Below are positions 10,987-22,684 of a stretch of 64,000 nucleotides of DNA, in pieces (the first letter of the stretch is position 1; the number at the start of each line of letters is the position of its first letter). The stretch comes from Utricularia gibba. Lineage: Eukaryota; Plantae; Magnoliophyta. The translations under genes and the position numbers were made by a program. Under the pieces are notes generated by a model. That model was not told the origin of the DNA, did not search any database, and was given only the letters and a program-made list of their open reading frames with translations. The DNA lies in the NCBI GenBank assembly GCA_002189035.1, contig NEEC01000012.1:62001-126000 (forward strand), in the 5' to 3' direction.

Positions 10987-12689
10987 ATGAAACATCCGTC
11001 GTTCGGCTCTCGCTCGACGGCTCCACGGAGCTCTCGATATCGAGGCGTCACGAGGTAACTTGCATTGCAAAGGTCTTCTTCTTCCACTTCCATTCAATTC
11101 TACGTAAGTGACCACCATCCCCGGTGGTGCGTGCAGACACAAGGCCACGGGGAGGTACGAAGCTCATATTTGGGACAAGGCCACTTGGAACCCAGCCCGC
11201 AAAGCCAGAGGAAAACAAAGTAGTAATCTTCCTGAAACCGTTTTCCTTTTCATCTTCTTACCAACAACAAAACACGCATTTTCACACAACCCGAATCGAG
11301 CTCGGTATCTTGTAAACTAGATCGGCTTCCGGCCTTCTGTCGGCCAAAACAATCCACATTCTATTTATTATAAAGCCAAGCAGCATCACGGCTTCACTTG
11401 GTGATTGCATTGATGACATCACTCCTGGGGCGCCTATTGATTATTTAACAGCCTGTGTTTCTAGAAAATTATTATCACCACAATGTTGTTGGTGTTACTG
11501 ATCTTTCTTTGTTCTTTTTCTGTTTTGCGCCTGGTGCGGTCCAACCGAATTAACTACCGCAGTATATTTAGGTACCCGCTTTTTTAATTATAAATCGTAT
11601 TTCTGGTGCATTCTTCAAGTTTGTTTTAGAAAGAATTGGCTTGGTGGATGCCCAGGAGCATATGATGTTGAAGAGCAGGCTGCCAGGGCGCATGACCTCG
11701 CCGCCCTCAAGTACTGGGGAGGCGCCGCCATTCTCAATTTCCCGGTCAGTTCCCAGTTTTACATACTGCTAGCCTAAACGATGTTATCTAGATGCACGGC
11801 TCATTCTCAAACGAACCGAACCAGATTCGAACTTATGGGAAGGAGTTGGAGGAGATGCAGAAGGTGAACAAGGAGGCGTATCTAGCAAACCTGAAGCGTC
11901 AGAGCAGCGGATTCTCACGCGGCGCTTCAAAGTATCGTGGTGTCGCCAGGTGACGAATAGCAGGCGCATTCAGTTTGCCTTTACTTGGCATTTTTTGTTT
12001 CATTTAAATTGAAAATGCCCCCCGGTGTCTAACAGGCATCATCATAGTGGCCGATGGGAGGCTCGCATCGGTCTCATGCACCGCAAAAAGTACATTTACT
12101 TGGGTACTTACGGTATGGTGATCTTGAACTGCTCGGGTACTTGAACGCGTAGCGTGCGTGTCATTAACGTTGCTTCTATGGAGCAGACTCCCAGGAAGAA
12201 GCGGCGGCGGCGTACGATATCGCAGCCATTGAAATTCGAGGTCCAAATGCGGTGACCAACTTCGAGGTCAGCAACTACGCCGAGAAGGAGAAGCTGATAA
12301 GCGATCGCTTCGAGGCGCCGGCTCAAGCAACGCAGGAAGCCGCCAGCACGTGGGATACCACCCATCTCCTTCACAACAACGAGCACGTTGAAGGGCTGCG
12401 CTCACTGGACTCGGGTATCTCGGATCCATGCCTCGACAACGCTTTCGACATCCAACACTTGTTTGATTGGGCCTTCGAAGAAGATGCTACGAACTTGGGC
12501 ATTGGAAAGACGCAAGGCAACAGTGAGGAAACAAGGAAGAGCCATGAGTCGGGGTTAAGCTCAGTAGACTGGGTATGGCCCCAAGGCAAGAGCGAGGTGA
12601 ACCCCAGGAATGATGAGGCATGGCTCGATACTGCTACTTTCGACATCTCTTGGTGGATGGTGGATGAAGAGGAAATAACTCTTGTTTGA
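10987..12689 (+). CDS. WRI1: WRINKLED1-like double-AP2 transcription factor, 7 exons
   Basis: Exons 10987-11054, 11137-~11220/11223, 11563-11571 (9-nt micro-exon TATATTTAG), 11656-11744, 11825-11949, 12036-12112, 12187-12689; motifs [55 protein letters not shown]; acidic C-terminus; TATA-like TATATA at ~10930. WRI1 versus WRI3/4 orthology not settled. Confidence 0.85.
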
Positions 12690-12979
12690 TCCACATTCAG
12701 ACAAGCAAATCCCCATGTCTGAGATAAGACAAGGGGAGGGGGTGGGCACTGGCAGGGGTATCTTAAATCTCTTCCGCAATTCCTCTTGATTACAAAAGAT
12801 TTCGGGATAAGATAAAAAATCATTTTACCATATGATCAATCCCCCAGCATCGTTTTGGTGTCAATAATGGCACGAAGATTGAGGGCCCACACAGGCTGGA
12901 AAATAATGTCACTCATAAAAGAAACACACACATATATACATATATCCGAATTCCGATTAGAATGTGGGAACGGGGGGGT

Positions 12980-14095
12980 TCACAAAAGCCCTAATTGGTC
13001 CACGATGTCCTGCAACTCCTCCTCCCAGTTCGCCACTTCTTCCGAATTTACTTCCTGCACAGGCGGCACGCTCTCCGGTGCTACGTCTTCACTGAACAGC
13101 TCCTCCCAGATGCTCTGATTCGTCTCCGGTTCGCCGCCCAAGAAATCCTCCACATTCAACCGAGTGCGCTCCTCGAGGGCGGGACTCATTGTGAGCCTTC
13201 TCTTCAGTCCAATCTGGATTTGCTTGTGTCCATTCATGTTCCCCAATTGATGAATAAACGTGGGATTTCTGAATGCCTTGGCAAGAAAATTCATCATTTG
13301 CCCCTGTTTCCTCTCCAATTCCCCAATTCGCAACTCCATCTCCGCCAGCAAGTCCGTCGACTTTTTCTGCTGTTGCCTTAGTCTCACTGTCTCCGCCATG
13401 AGAATACTCCGGTCACACTTCAGTTTCTCCAGCTCCTCCTCGATGCCGTATTGCCCAATTTCCACACAACTCTGGGGCGCCGGCGGATTCTGTTGCAGAG
13501 CGCTGCTGTTTCGCCGTCTTTTGATTGTTCTGAGAAGATGCTTCTGCCCTCCTAGAAACCCCGAGTTCGCGAATTCCCATCGATCGGGATCTACTTTCCT
13601 AAACCCCTGTACGTGTTCGCGGATTGAATCAGCATTTCAATCTCAAAGAAGCAAAACAGAGCAGAAATTCAATCTCCGCAAATCTCTTCCTCTAACCCCA
13701 GAAAGCTGCAAATTCGCGAACTCATCAGAAGCCAAGTCCAAGAAACTCAAGGAGCCCATCTCCGGGGGGAAAACATAAAAGAGGAATTGACTTACATAAG
13801 TGTTGAGCTGCCGAATGAAGCTTGCGAAATTCCTGTGTCTGAAGTATCGGGGAAGAAGAGTGTTTGCAAATTTGTGGGAATCCCAGACAATGAAACTGTT
13901 TTTTGCTTCGCTCCAGGAGATTATCGGATCAGTCTCAGGATCCTCCACTATTTCGTAGGTCTTCATCAAGAACGGCGGCGGCCCAATTTCTTGCAGCCCC
14001 TCCATCGGTCGTGGCGTTGAAGACGACGGAAACGACGGCGCTGCTGCGGCGACGTAGGCACCCTCGTCTTCCACTTTCACCTCCGCAAATTCCAT
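12980..14095 (-). CDS. HSFA2: Heat shock transcription factor, class A2-like
   Basis: Exon 1 14095-13796 (PPPFLMKTY...RQLNTY), conserved DBD intron 13795-13607, exon 2 13606-12980 ([12 protein letters not shown], class A HR-A/B, KRRL NLS, AHA-like [10 protein letters not shown], terminal DIVDQLGLL). Confidence 0.9.
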
Positions 14096-14112
14096 GCTCC
14101 GATTCCTCAAAC

Positions 14113-14209
14113 TTCTAGAAACTAGCGTGTTGGTTGCATTTGAGAATTCGAAGACGCGGGTATTTAAGGGAGAGAAGTCGAAGGTTCCGGGGAGTCTAGA
14201 AACTTCTAG
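14113..14209 (-). promoter_or_regulatory. Heat shock element cluster and TATA box of HsfA2
   Basis: Alternating nGAAn/nTTCn units: TTCTAGAA 14113-14120, GAAGGTTC 14180-14187, TCTAGAAACTTCT 14195-14207; TTAAATA on minus strand at 14161-14167. Confidence 0.7.
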
Positions 14210-14786
14210 GTTTTTCCAGGATCCTTGCCTCTATTAATTCAAAAAAAAAAAAAAAAGGAAATGCAGTGTAGGGGATTCAACTCATTCTTCTACCAGTTCA
14301 TTAATTTTCTACTATAAAATATAAATTAAATTATCGGATGCAATCCAAAAGAAGTCCACATGGATGGTGCCGTACAAAACATTTATCTAAACAGAGCGGG
14401 GCCGGAGCAATGGAAACTGTGGTGAAGGCTATCCGCCCAATTAAATTAAACAGTGAACATCGACAGGCCCACTTTGGTAAACTGCTATTGGGCCTGCTGC
14501 AACCCCACATCTCTTGGAGAAAGATCGGGTCCAGTCCAATTAACTGGTTTGATTTTTATGTCTTGGACAAAAAATAAAATGAAATTAGTGTTTGTAATAA
14601 TGCACGCAAGGCGGGCGTCATCCGTATCGGTGGCCGTGGCCGTGGGGCATCAATTGAAAAGAAAGGGTCATCAGAATTGCTTGCTTCCGTCAGCGATGGA
14701 AAGAAATATCCCCAATATTTTTGTATTTATTAAATGGCTCCTCTATTTTCCACGCCTTCTGGAGTCACCAAATCCACACAACTCAC

Positions 14787-14806
14787 CCCCGTCATGGCTG
14801 ACGCCA
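14787..14806. promoter_or_regulatory. as-1-like TGA-factor element upstream of the glutaredoxin
   Basis: CCCCGTCA-tggc-TGACGCCA, two TGACG-type half-palindromes with centres 12 bp apart; extra TACGTCA at ~15073. Confidence 0.5.
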
Positions 14807-15171
14807 TCCTACATGGACATGTCATCCCCCTCCCTAACCCCAAAATACTGCTCATTATTATGTGCTTAGTGGAACAACCTTTTTTTTCCTGTCAATGGTA
14901 CATTTTTAACCTTCGTAGCCGTCGCCACTGAACAACGAAGTAGGGGTATTTTGGTCATTTTCAAAATCATCCAAAGTGAGCAGACCACGAGTGTTTTTAT
15001 TTATTCGTTTGCAGGGTGCTTTTGTCTTCCTATTTACAGAGAGGGACACAAAATTCAAGAGTCGGTGTCCGATACGTCACTAGCATGTGTCCATGTGGGA
15101 TGCTCTATAAATTGCCCGCCACCCACACAGGGCTTCCCCGGCCCCCACAAGAAAGAACCCTCGACTCCACG

Positions 15172-15557
15172 ATGCAACCTCAGCTTCACTCCCCGATCAC
15201 CGCCACCGCTCTGGCCATGGGCGTGTCGGAGTCGGCGGACACGCGGATCCGCCGCCTCATCTCGGAGAACCCGGTCCTCATCTTCAGCCGCCCCTCCTGC
15301 TGCATGTCTCATGCCATGAAGCGGCTGCTGTCCGTCCTGGGCGTCCACCGACGGTCATCGAGGTCGACGACGATGAGATCGCGGTCCTTCGGGCTCCGCA
15401 CTCCGGGGACCTCTCCCTCGCCACCTTCCCTTATCTATACATCGGCGGCGCGTGCGTTGGTGGCTTGGAGACGCTGGTGGCGCTTCATTTGAGTAATAGT
15501 CTTGTCCCTAAACTCGTCGAAGCCGGAGCTCTCCGCACTCAAGTGTCGATCGGTTAG
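15172..15557 (+). CDS. CC-type glutaredoxin (ROXY family, CCMS active site), interrupted by a 1-bp deletion in this sequence
   Basis: ENPVLIFSRPSCCMSHAMKRLLSVLGVH, then frame shifts at 15346-15350 (CAC CG where CAC CCG is expected) into TVIEVDDDEI...YIGGACVGGLETLVALHLSNSLVPKLVEAGAL; TATAAAT at ~15107. Confidence 0.85.
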
Positions 15558-17322
15558 AAATTATGTGTATCTTGTATGTGGTTCAAGTGCAATTCCCTTT
15601 CCCTTTTGGTCCTAAACTCGCATTCAATACACGTCCGAATTCTACTAGTCCCCGCTCACCTAACCCCAGTATTCAAGAGAAGGTAGTATTCTTCTACTTG
15701 TTTAATTAATATTTTATAATACCAAGATATTTCTTCTTTCTATGTTCCAAGCAATCCGATCCCAATTTCTGTGAATTCACTTCCATTAGTAAGAAGACCG
15801 TGTACAATTCATTTACCAATACTCAACATAATATCAAATGACTAATCTTTTAATATCAAAGTTAATCGCTTTTTTATACAATTCATTTTTCATCTACAAA
15901 TGACTACTTATTACCGTTTTGTTTCCCTAAGTTGGAGTTGTAAGAATATAAGTGATTGATTCATGTGTTGTGTTGGAGTGAGAGTTTCACTTCCTAGGAA
16001 TCAACAGATTGTGTGTTTGTGCGGGTGGAGTTAATTGTGTTGGTGTCATTCGTCGGCAGGGCAGCAAAGTGTTGTAAGAATCATGGCACTGAGCGTGAAA
16101 TTCTGCGTGTCGCAATTCATTGGCACGAGGCTTAGGACATGGTTTTGAAGCCCGCCGCCTGAATTTTTTGCTTTACGGGAAATAAATCAATATTAGTGAA
16201 ATATAAATGATAATAATAAAGAAAAAATGATGTAAATATTCAGGGAAAAAATGATAATAATAATAGTCGGGGCAAGGCAAAGCAACAAAGCAAAGGGAAA
16301 AGGCGTTTGTTAGAGAAGAAATTCATTTAGGAAAACGACACGCCTTTCTGTCGTTTTGAGGTTGGGAAGTGATTACTGTCAGCCCCCATGACCATCCATC
16401 CATCCATCCTTCTTGAGTTCTGACTCGGAATCGCATTCCCGGTTTTCTTTTCTTACGGGATACAAACTCCACCCCTTCCAGCAGATAAAACTTATCGACC
16501 AAGTCATGGAGTTTCCCAATTCATACCCTAAAACTATTATTGGCTTCCCATAACACACCAAAATGGTAAGTCACGGTTCAACTATTTTGGTCGCGTTTCG
16601 ATTCACAGTCGCACCACCGCACGGTATTTTATTGAATGGGCTGCTGCTGCAGGAAAAATAATGCTCAATCATGGGAAGAAAATGGAGAGTGGTGGGGGAC
16701 ACCGGGACACGCCCCCTCCAGTGACGTGTCCATAAACTTCACTTGGGCAACACACCAACCGCATTCTTGATTGGTGCGTTTTGCCAAGGCCTTTCTGTTC
16801 TTCAATCTGTGAAGCAGCAGTTCACGTACATGATAATTCCAGGTTACCACTAGAAGAGTGGTGGTGTATTAGTGGGGGAAAAGCTATAAATGATTGACAG
16901 AATCCACTGTGCGTTTTAAAAGCAACACAAGGGAGAAAGATAAAGAGGAAAGAAGAAAAAGGGATGGGCTTTTGAGCCAAGTCAGGACATGTTTCCAACT
17001 CTTTCGTGGGCGTCGAGTATGAGACCTTGTCGCTTTCTCTTCTGGGCTGACTCATCTTCATCCTCGCTGTCCAAAACACACACAGAAGGCAACGATGGGC
17101 TAGATTGGAGTTAAGGATGGGGTCGCAGCGGATGGCCCATGACCTGTGTTCCCGTTCGATATTGCAATGCAATCTAAAGAAGCATACGAAAAAGATAAGA
17201 GGAGTCCTCATTTGCGTTCTTACCAAAAGGAGGGTTCTGTGCCATTTGTGAGATGCATGAAGCCTATGACTACATCAACGGGGTTACTTGCTGCTGCTAC
17301 TCAATGAACAAATGTGATGCTG

Positions 17323-18744
17323 CTACAAGCCTGTCCAGTTCATCAGCTTCTTGACCTCATCGTACAGGACTAAAACAGCCGCTGCGCCGGTGCTTCGGAA
17401 GATGTTGGACATCGCACCCCGGTAAAAGGAAGCCGGACCCTCCTTCCTGTATATCTTCCTCCAGCAATCCAATGTGTTTCGATACATAGGTTTCTCCAAC
17501 CCTGACTGCATCATCATTCGCCTCCGAACTGTATCGAGTGGATACGACAGCATGCCGGCTGCAGTTGTGATCGCTTGAGCTGCGATCCATCGTTTCCAAA
17601 GTGGCAACCCGGACTTGGATTCCTGGGACAGCATTTCTTTTGCAGTGTCGAATCCGCCAAAGTAGAGGCCTCGATGGACTACCATGCCTTGGAGAGAAGC
17701 AGGGAGTCCTCTGTAGATCCCACGGACTCCATTTTTGTGGTGAATGGTTTTCAGAAAGTGGTAGATCCCCTGGAACTGGCGTGTTTTTCCGAGATCAGCA
17801 GCCAGGCGTGTGTGAGCGATGTCAAGAGGGTAGATGATGACGAGTGTGGTGCAACCAGCTGCTGATCCGGCAATGAAGTTGGAAAGTGGCCCATTTAGAA
17901 GATCCCCTTCCCTCGTGTTACCTCGGAGAATGTTTCTGTAAAGATCCTGTTATGAGGTACACATATCAGGCTTCCAGCATATGCCACTGTTACGCAAGGG
18001 AACCCGAGAACTTCAATGAAGATTAAACATAGACAAGCAACCAAACAGATATAAAACAAGCCTTGTAATTTCTGGTTCCTCCTGTTTATAAGGCTCAGTA
18101 CTCATTGAATTTCAGATATCTCTTATACTGCTTCCTTTCAGTTCTAGCAAGGAATCAAAATATGTAGACAGAGACTGAAAGTTTAAGTTCAGAAATGACT
18201 TATGAAGGCAGGATCATGACAAACGAACCTTCCGTAACACACAGTGGCTCTTCCGTACCGGCATATATTGCAGTATTCACATCCAATCTCAAGGGAAACC
18301 AAATATACAAAAACTAAAAGTAACAGAGACATCGCCAGAGTTAAATTTAGAAAATGATCATCATTCCACGCATTCACCATTAGCAATTCAGCATGTTATT
18401 CAAATGCGCGCATACCTTGAGAGAAAAGTTCAAGGCCACAGAAGGGTAATATCTGATCACGCTACTACCATTCCCCCTCCATAAAGACAACACACCTTCT
18501 TCCCTCACAATACGCACAATGCAGTCGATCATGCCTTTGAACTTTCTCTGCGGCCCACCAGACAAAATAGCCACGTTACTCTCTTGGGTCTGCAACAGAA
18601 GCTTCGCTCTTTCAATGGGAGCCACCATCGTATGCACCACACCACCCATCACCGCCCCAGCGACGAGATCCCTGTGGAAACTGGACACATAATTACATAG
18701 CCCAGATTGATTTCTCGCGACAACTCCACCCCTTCTTCCGTCAT
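17323..18744 (-). CDS. ADP/ATP carrier-like protein (At5g56450/PM-ANT-type), 2 coding exons; start region appears frameshifted
   Basis: Exon 1 ends at 18416 (RDLVAGAVMGGVVH...YYPSVALNFSLK), exon 2 17946-17323 (DLYRNIL...YPLDTVRRRMMMQSG...YDEVKKLMNWTGL); RRRMMM carrier signature. ATG at 18744 is off-frame by one base in the G4 run at 18729-18732. Confidence 0.88.
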
Positions 18745-19097
18745 TGAAACAAAAAGGCCCCTACAACCAACACGAGAAAAGGACTAACACTAATCCATCA
18801 TCGCAACAAGAGAAGACGCAAAAATAATTCGAATCTTCATCGTCCGTCAAGATTCTTCATTTCGTAACACTACGCAAACTCATAACTTAGGTTTCCAGTT
18901 ATCCTCTCCATCGTTATGCTGCTATGTCCCAAACAGACAAAGATGGCTACTTTCATGCGCTTCTTCTTGTCCGATAATCGTCAACACAGGAAAACCGAAA
19001 TGATGAATTCAGACTCCACAACATAAGAAAATGGAACACCGAGAAATTCACGCGCCTGTGTGTACATTTTGTTGGATTTCCTGCAGATAGGTCATAA

Positions 19098-19127
19098 TGG
19101 GCTTCATAAGGCCCAATAAGAAGCCCA
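19098..19127. promoter_or_regulatory. Site II (TGGGCY) cluster in the bidirectional promoter between the carrier and FtsH4
   Basis: TGGGCT 19098-19103, GGCCCA 19110-19115, AGCCCA 19122-19127, between head-to-head start codons 18744 and 19348. Confidence 0.65.
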
Positions 19128-19347
19128 TAAAACGCTTCGTTTGGAAATGTCAAATATAACCCTTTCAGGTTTTTGTGGAATCAACTGGGTCCGGCTTCTG
19201 TTGAATTCTCCAGAATTAATTAACATTTTAAAATCCTGCGTTTTCTCATTTCCGTGAAGCTTCAGAACAGATAAGTGTGTCTTCTCCGGGGCCAGGAGGG
19301 AGGCGTTGAGCATTCGTCTTTGTTCTTTATTTCTCTTAGGAACCAGT

Positions 19348-22300
19348 ATGTCTTTGAGGCGTCTGCTTGGTCAGGTTTGCTTTTGATTCTGCAGCTCTTG
19401 TTTGCCCGACGTGATTCTAATTTTCATGTTTTGCATTTTCTTTTGTGCAAGATTAGAGATTTTAATATTGGATACCGATTGATGATTATAATACGGGTAA
19501 AAGCCCTCACCGTGGGATCCCCTTGTTTTTCCCTGACCATTCTGTTTTTTTATGGTCGTGGGTTTTGAAGGGCTAGCCGATTTTATTTGTAATTCTGGTG
19601 TACGCTATCTTTTCATGAAAAATTCGTAATTTTTTTAGGGTACTTTCAGTTTTTGTGGGATTACCTGCGGCGCTCTTGAAACTGCATGCGTTCTGTAAAC
19701 TGTTAGACTGTGTGTGTATGTGCGCTTCCTATCATCTTGAATTTTTTAATAATTTGGATTCATTGTTCCAAGATAAGTCTTCCTTCGTAGTCTTGAGAAA
19801 GTACTGTTACAGGTCAAATTGCATCAATCATATTTGATGCTGTTTAGTCGCCCTGGCGCTAGACCATATCAAACTGCACCCATATTCTATAACATTACCG
19901 ATACAGGTGCGCACCACTCTTTGTACAAAAGTTCCATATTTCTATGTATAACCATAGATCATTGCTTTATATCTACTGTCTCATGGTCTTGTTTTTCTAT
20001 TGTTTTTTAAAAAACTAGACGCCCATGTTTCGTGTAAGGAGCTATTTGACTCTGGTTTTGATTCACATGTCTGTGGTTCATTTTTCCTTTCAGCACATAC
20101 GCTTGCAAGTGGTTTTGAATCAACCACCCAAAGAAGCTGTAAATATTTTGGTAGTTTAGCTCGGAGAACACGCAATGTAGATGGAACAAGTGATGGTGCA
20201 TATCTCAAGGAGCTCTATTATAATAGTGATCCTGAGGGAATAATAAGATTGTTTGAGAGTCAACCTTCTCTACATTCAAACCCTGCAGCCCTTGCTGAGT
20301 ATGTCAAGGCTTTAGTTAAGGTGGATCGTCTTGATGAAAGCGAACTTCTAAGGACACTGAATAGAGGTTGTCACACTGAGTGTTGGAAAAAGTCCATTTT
20401 TTTTTTTCCATTTATCATAGCAAGCTATATGATTTAAACGTGCCTGAAACTCTTGTTATGAGCATTACGAGGTCCAATTAAAAGATGTAATGTTATCTAC
20501 AGGAATATCTTCAGCTGCTCGCTCACATGTGGATGAAGAAAGCTTGGGAGCATTTTCTACGGCCCTTAGAAATGCTGGAAAGCCTGCAAAAGAAGGGATT
20601 CTGGGGACCTCTAGTGCCCCAATTCACATGGTAACAGCCGAAGGAGGAAATTTCAAGGACCAACTGTGGCGTACTTTCCGTGGATTGGCTTTGGCTTTCC
20701 TTCTGATTTCTGGCATTGGGACATTAATGGAGGACAGGGGAATAAGTAAAGGTAATGGCATATCTTTCTATTCCACAGTGTTGTTCGCCAACATTCCTGA
20801 CTGATGTGATGAACTTGTTCACTTCAATATTCTATAGGACTTGGCTTGCATGAAGAGGTCCGGCCTACTATGGAGTCTGAAACTAAGTTTAGTGATGTCA
20901 AGGGAGTTGATGAGGCTAAGGCTGAGCTTGAAGAAATTGTTCATTATCTTCGTGATCCAAAGGTAATGTACTAACTGGGTCTTGGTTTATGTACGTCAAT
21001 AGGATCTTCCATTTTTACTTGCAGCACATGCGACCGAAGTAGAGATTTTATCAGTCTACTCTCTGCATTTCTTGCTGTGCATTTGTTTCTAGTGTTCATA
21101 TTTGCTTCTTGACCAAAACGTACTGCTTTTTTTCGTGGGATGGATGATGAGAACAAAGCCTAATTTACCTTTAAAAGATGTGAATTCTTATCATATAGTG
21201 TCACCACAGCGTTTTACACGCCTTGGTGGAAAGCTTCCAAAGGGTGTTCTGCTAGTTGGTCCTCCTGGAACTGGGAAAACTATGTTAGCAAGAGCCATTG
21301 CTGGAGAAGCTGGTGTACCTTTTTTTTCATGCAGTGGAAGTGAGTTTGAAGAGATGTTTGTGGGTGTTGGAGCACGCAGGGTGCGAGATCTTTTTGGTGC
21401 AGCTAAGAAGAGGTCACCATGCATTATATTTATTGATGAAATTGATGCCATTGGAGGGAGCCGGAATCCAAAAGATCAGCAGTACATGAAGATGACTTTG
21501 AATCAGCTACTTGTTGAGCTTGATGGTTTCAAACAAAATGAGGGAATCATCGTGATTGCTGCAACAAATTTTCCTGAATCATTGGATAAGGCACTGGTGA
21601 GACCTGGGCGATTTGATCGCCATATCGTTGTGCCAAACCCCGATGTTGAGGGACGCAGGCAAATCTTGGAATCACATATGTCGAAGGTGAGCTCATGAGA
21701 CACGTATCAAATGATCAAATCCGTTTGTAGCATTTCTTTCTACTAAATCTTTATCAACTGTAGGTTCTCAAGGCAGAAGATGTGGATCTTATGGTCATCG
21801 CAAGAGGGACTCCTGGTTTCTCTGGAGCTGATCTTGCAAACTTGGTTAATGTTGCAGCTTTAAAGGCCGCCATGGATGGTGCAAAAGCCGTGACAATGGC
21901 TGACCTCGAGCATGCCAAGGATAAAATCATGATGGGAAGCGAGCGGAAGTCAGCAGTAATTTCTCCAGAGTCCCGAAAATTAACTGCCTATCATGAGGGT
22001 GGCCATGCTCTTGTGGCTATACACACTGAAGGAGCACTTCCAGTCCACAAAGCAACTATTGTTCCAAGAGGTATGGCGCTTGGAATGGTTTCCCAGCTAC
22101 CCGAGAAGGACGAGACGAGCATATCCCTTAAGCAAATGCTCGCCCGACTCGACGTCTGCATGGGTGGAAGAGTTGCAGAAGAGCTGATATTTGGTGAATG
22201 TGAAGTAACCTCTGGTGCATCAAACGATCTCCAGCAAGCCACTAACCTGGCTCGTGCAATGATCACCAAATATGGCATGAGCAAAGAAGTGGGAGTTGTC

Positions 22301-22684
22301 ACTCACAACTACGAGGACAATGGCAAGAGTATGAGCACCGAAACAAGGCTCCTTGTCGAAAGGGAAGTGAAGGCGTTCCTGGAAAGGGCGTACAACAACG
22401 CGAGGACGATTCTAACCACACACAACAAGGAACTTCATGCTCTTGCAAATGCTTTGCTCGAACACGAGACACTATCTGGTACTCAGATCAAGGCTCTTCT
22501 TGCACAGGTGAACTCTCAGCAACCCCAGCTCCGAGTTATTCCCTCACAGAATAGTTCACCATCGAATGTGACTCCATCTCCACCCCCAAACGCTGCTGCT
22601 TCGGCCGCAGCAGCAGCGGCAGCTGCAGCTGCAACTGCAACTGCAGCAGCCAAGTCGAAGGGCATTGCGCCGGTGGGATCCTAG
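19348..22684 (+). CDS. FTSH4: Mitochondrial i-AAA protease FtsH4
   Basis: Exons 19348-19374, 19813-19906, 20094-20366, 20503-20751, 20838-20962, 21210-21686, 21764-22684; Walker [23 protein letters not shown] zinc site, poly-Ala tail ending KGIAPVGS. Confidence 0.96.

Noticed and set aside
12995-13778. Long plus-strand ORFs (128 and 172 aa) opposite HsfA2
   Set aside because: Antisense shadows of a GC-rich coding exon; no independent start context or domain.
16982-17071. Minus-strand stretch DSEDEDESAQKRKRQGLILDAHERVGNMS* after the carrier stop
   Set aside because: Only 30 codons, purine-rich low complexity, no supported upstream exon; probably 3' UTR.
21102-21209. 5' extension of the 198-aa ORF in FtsH4
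   Set aside because: Intron sequence; the homologous exon starts after CAG at 21210.
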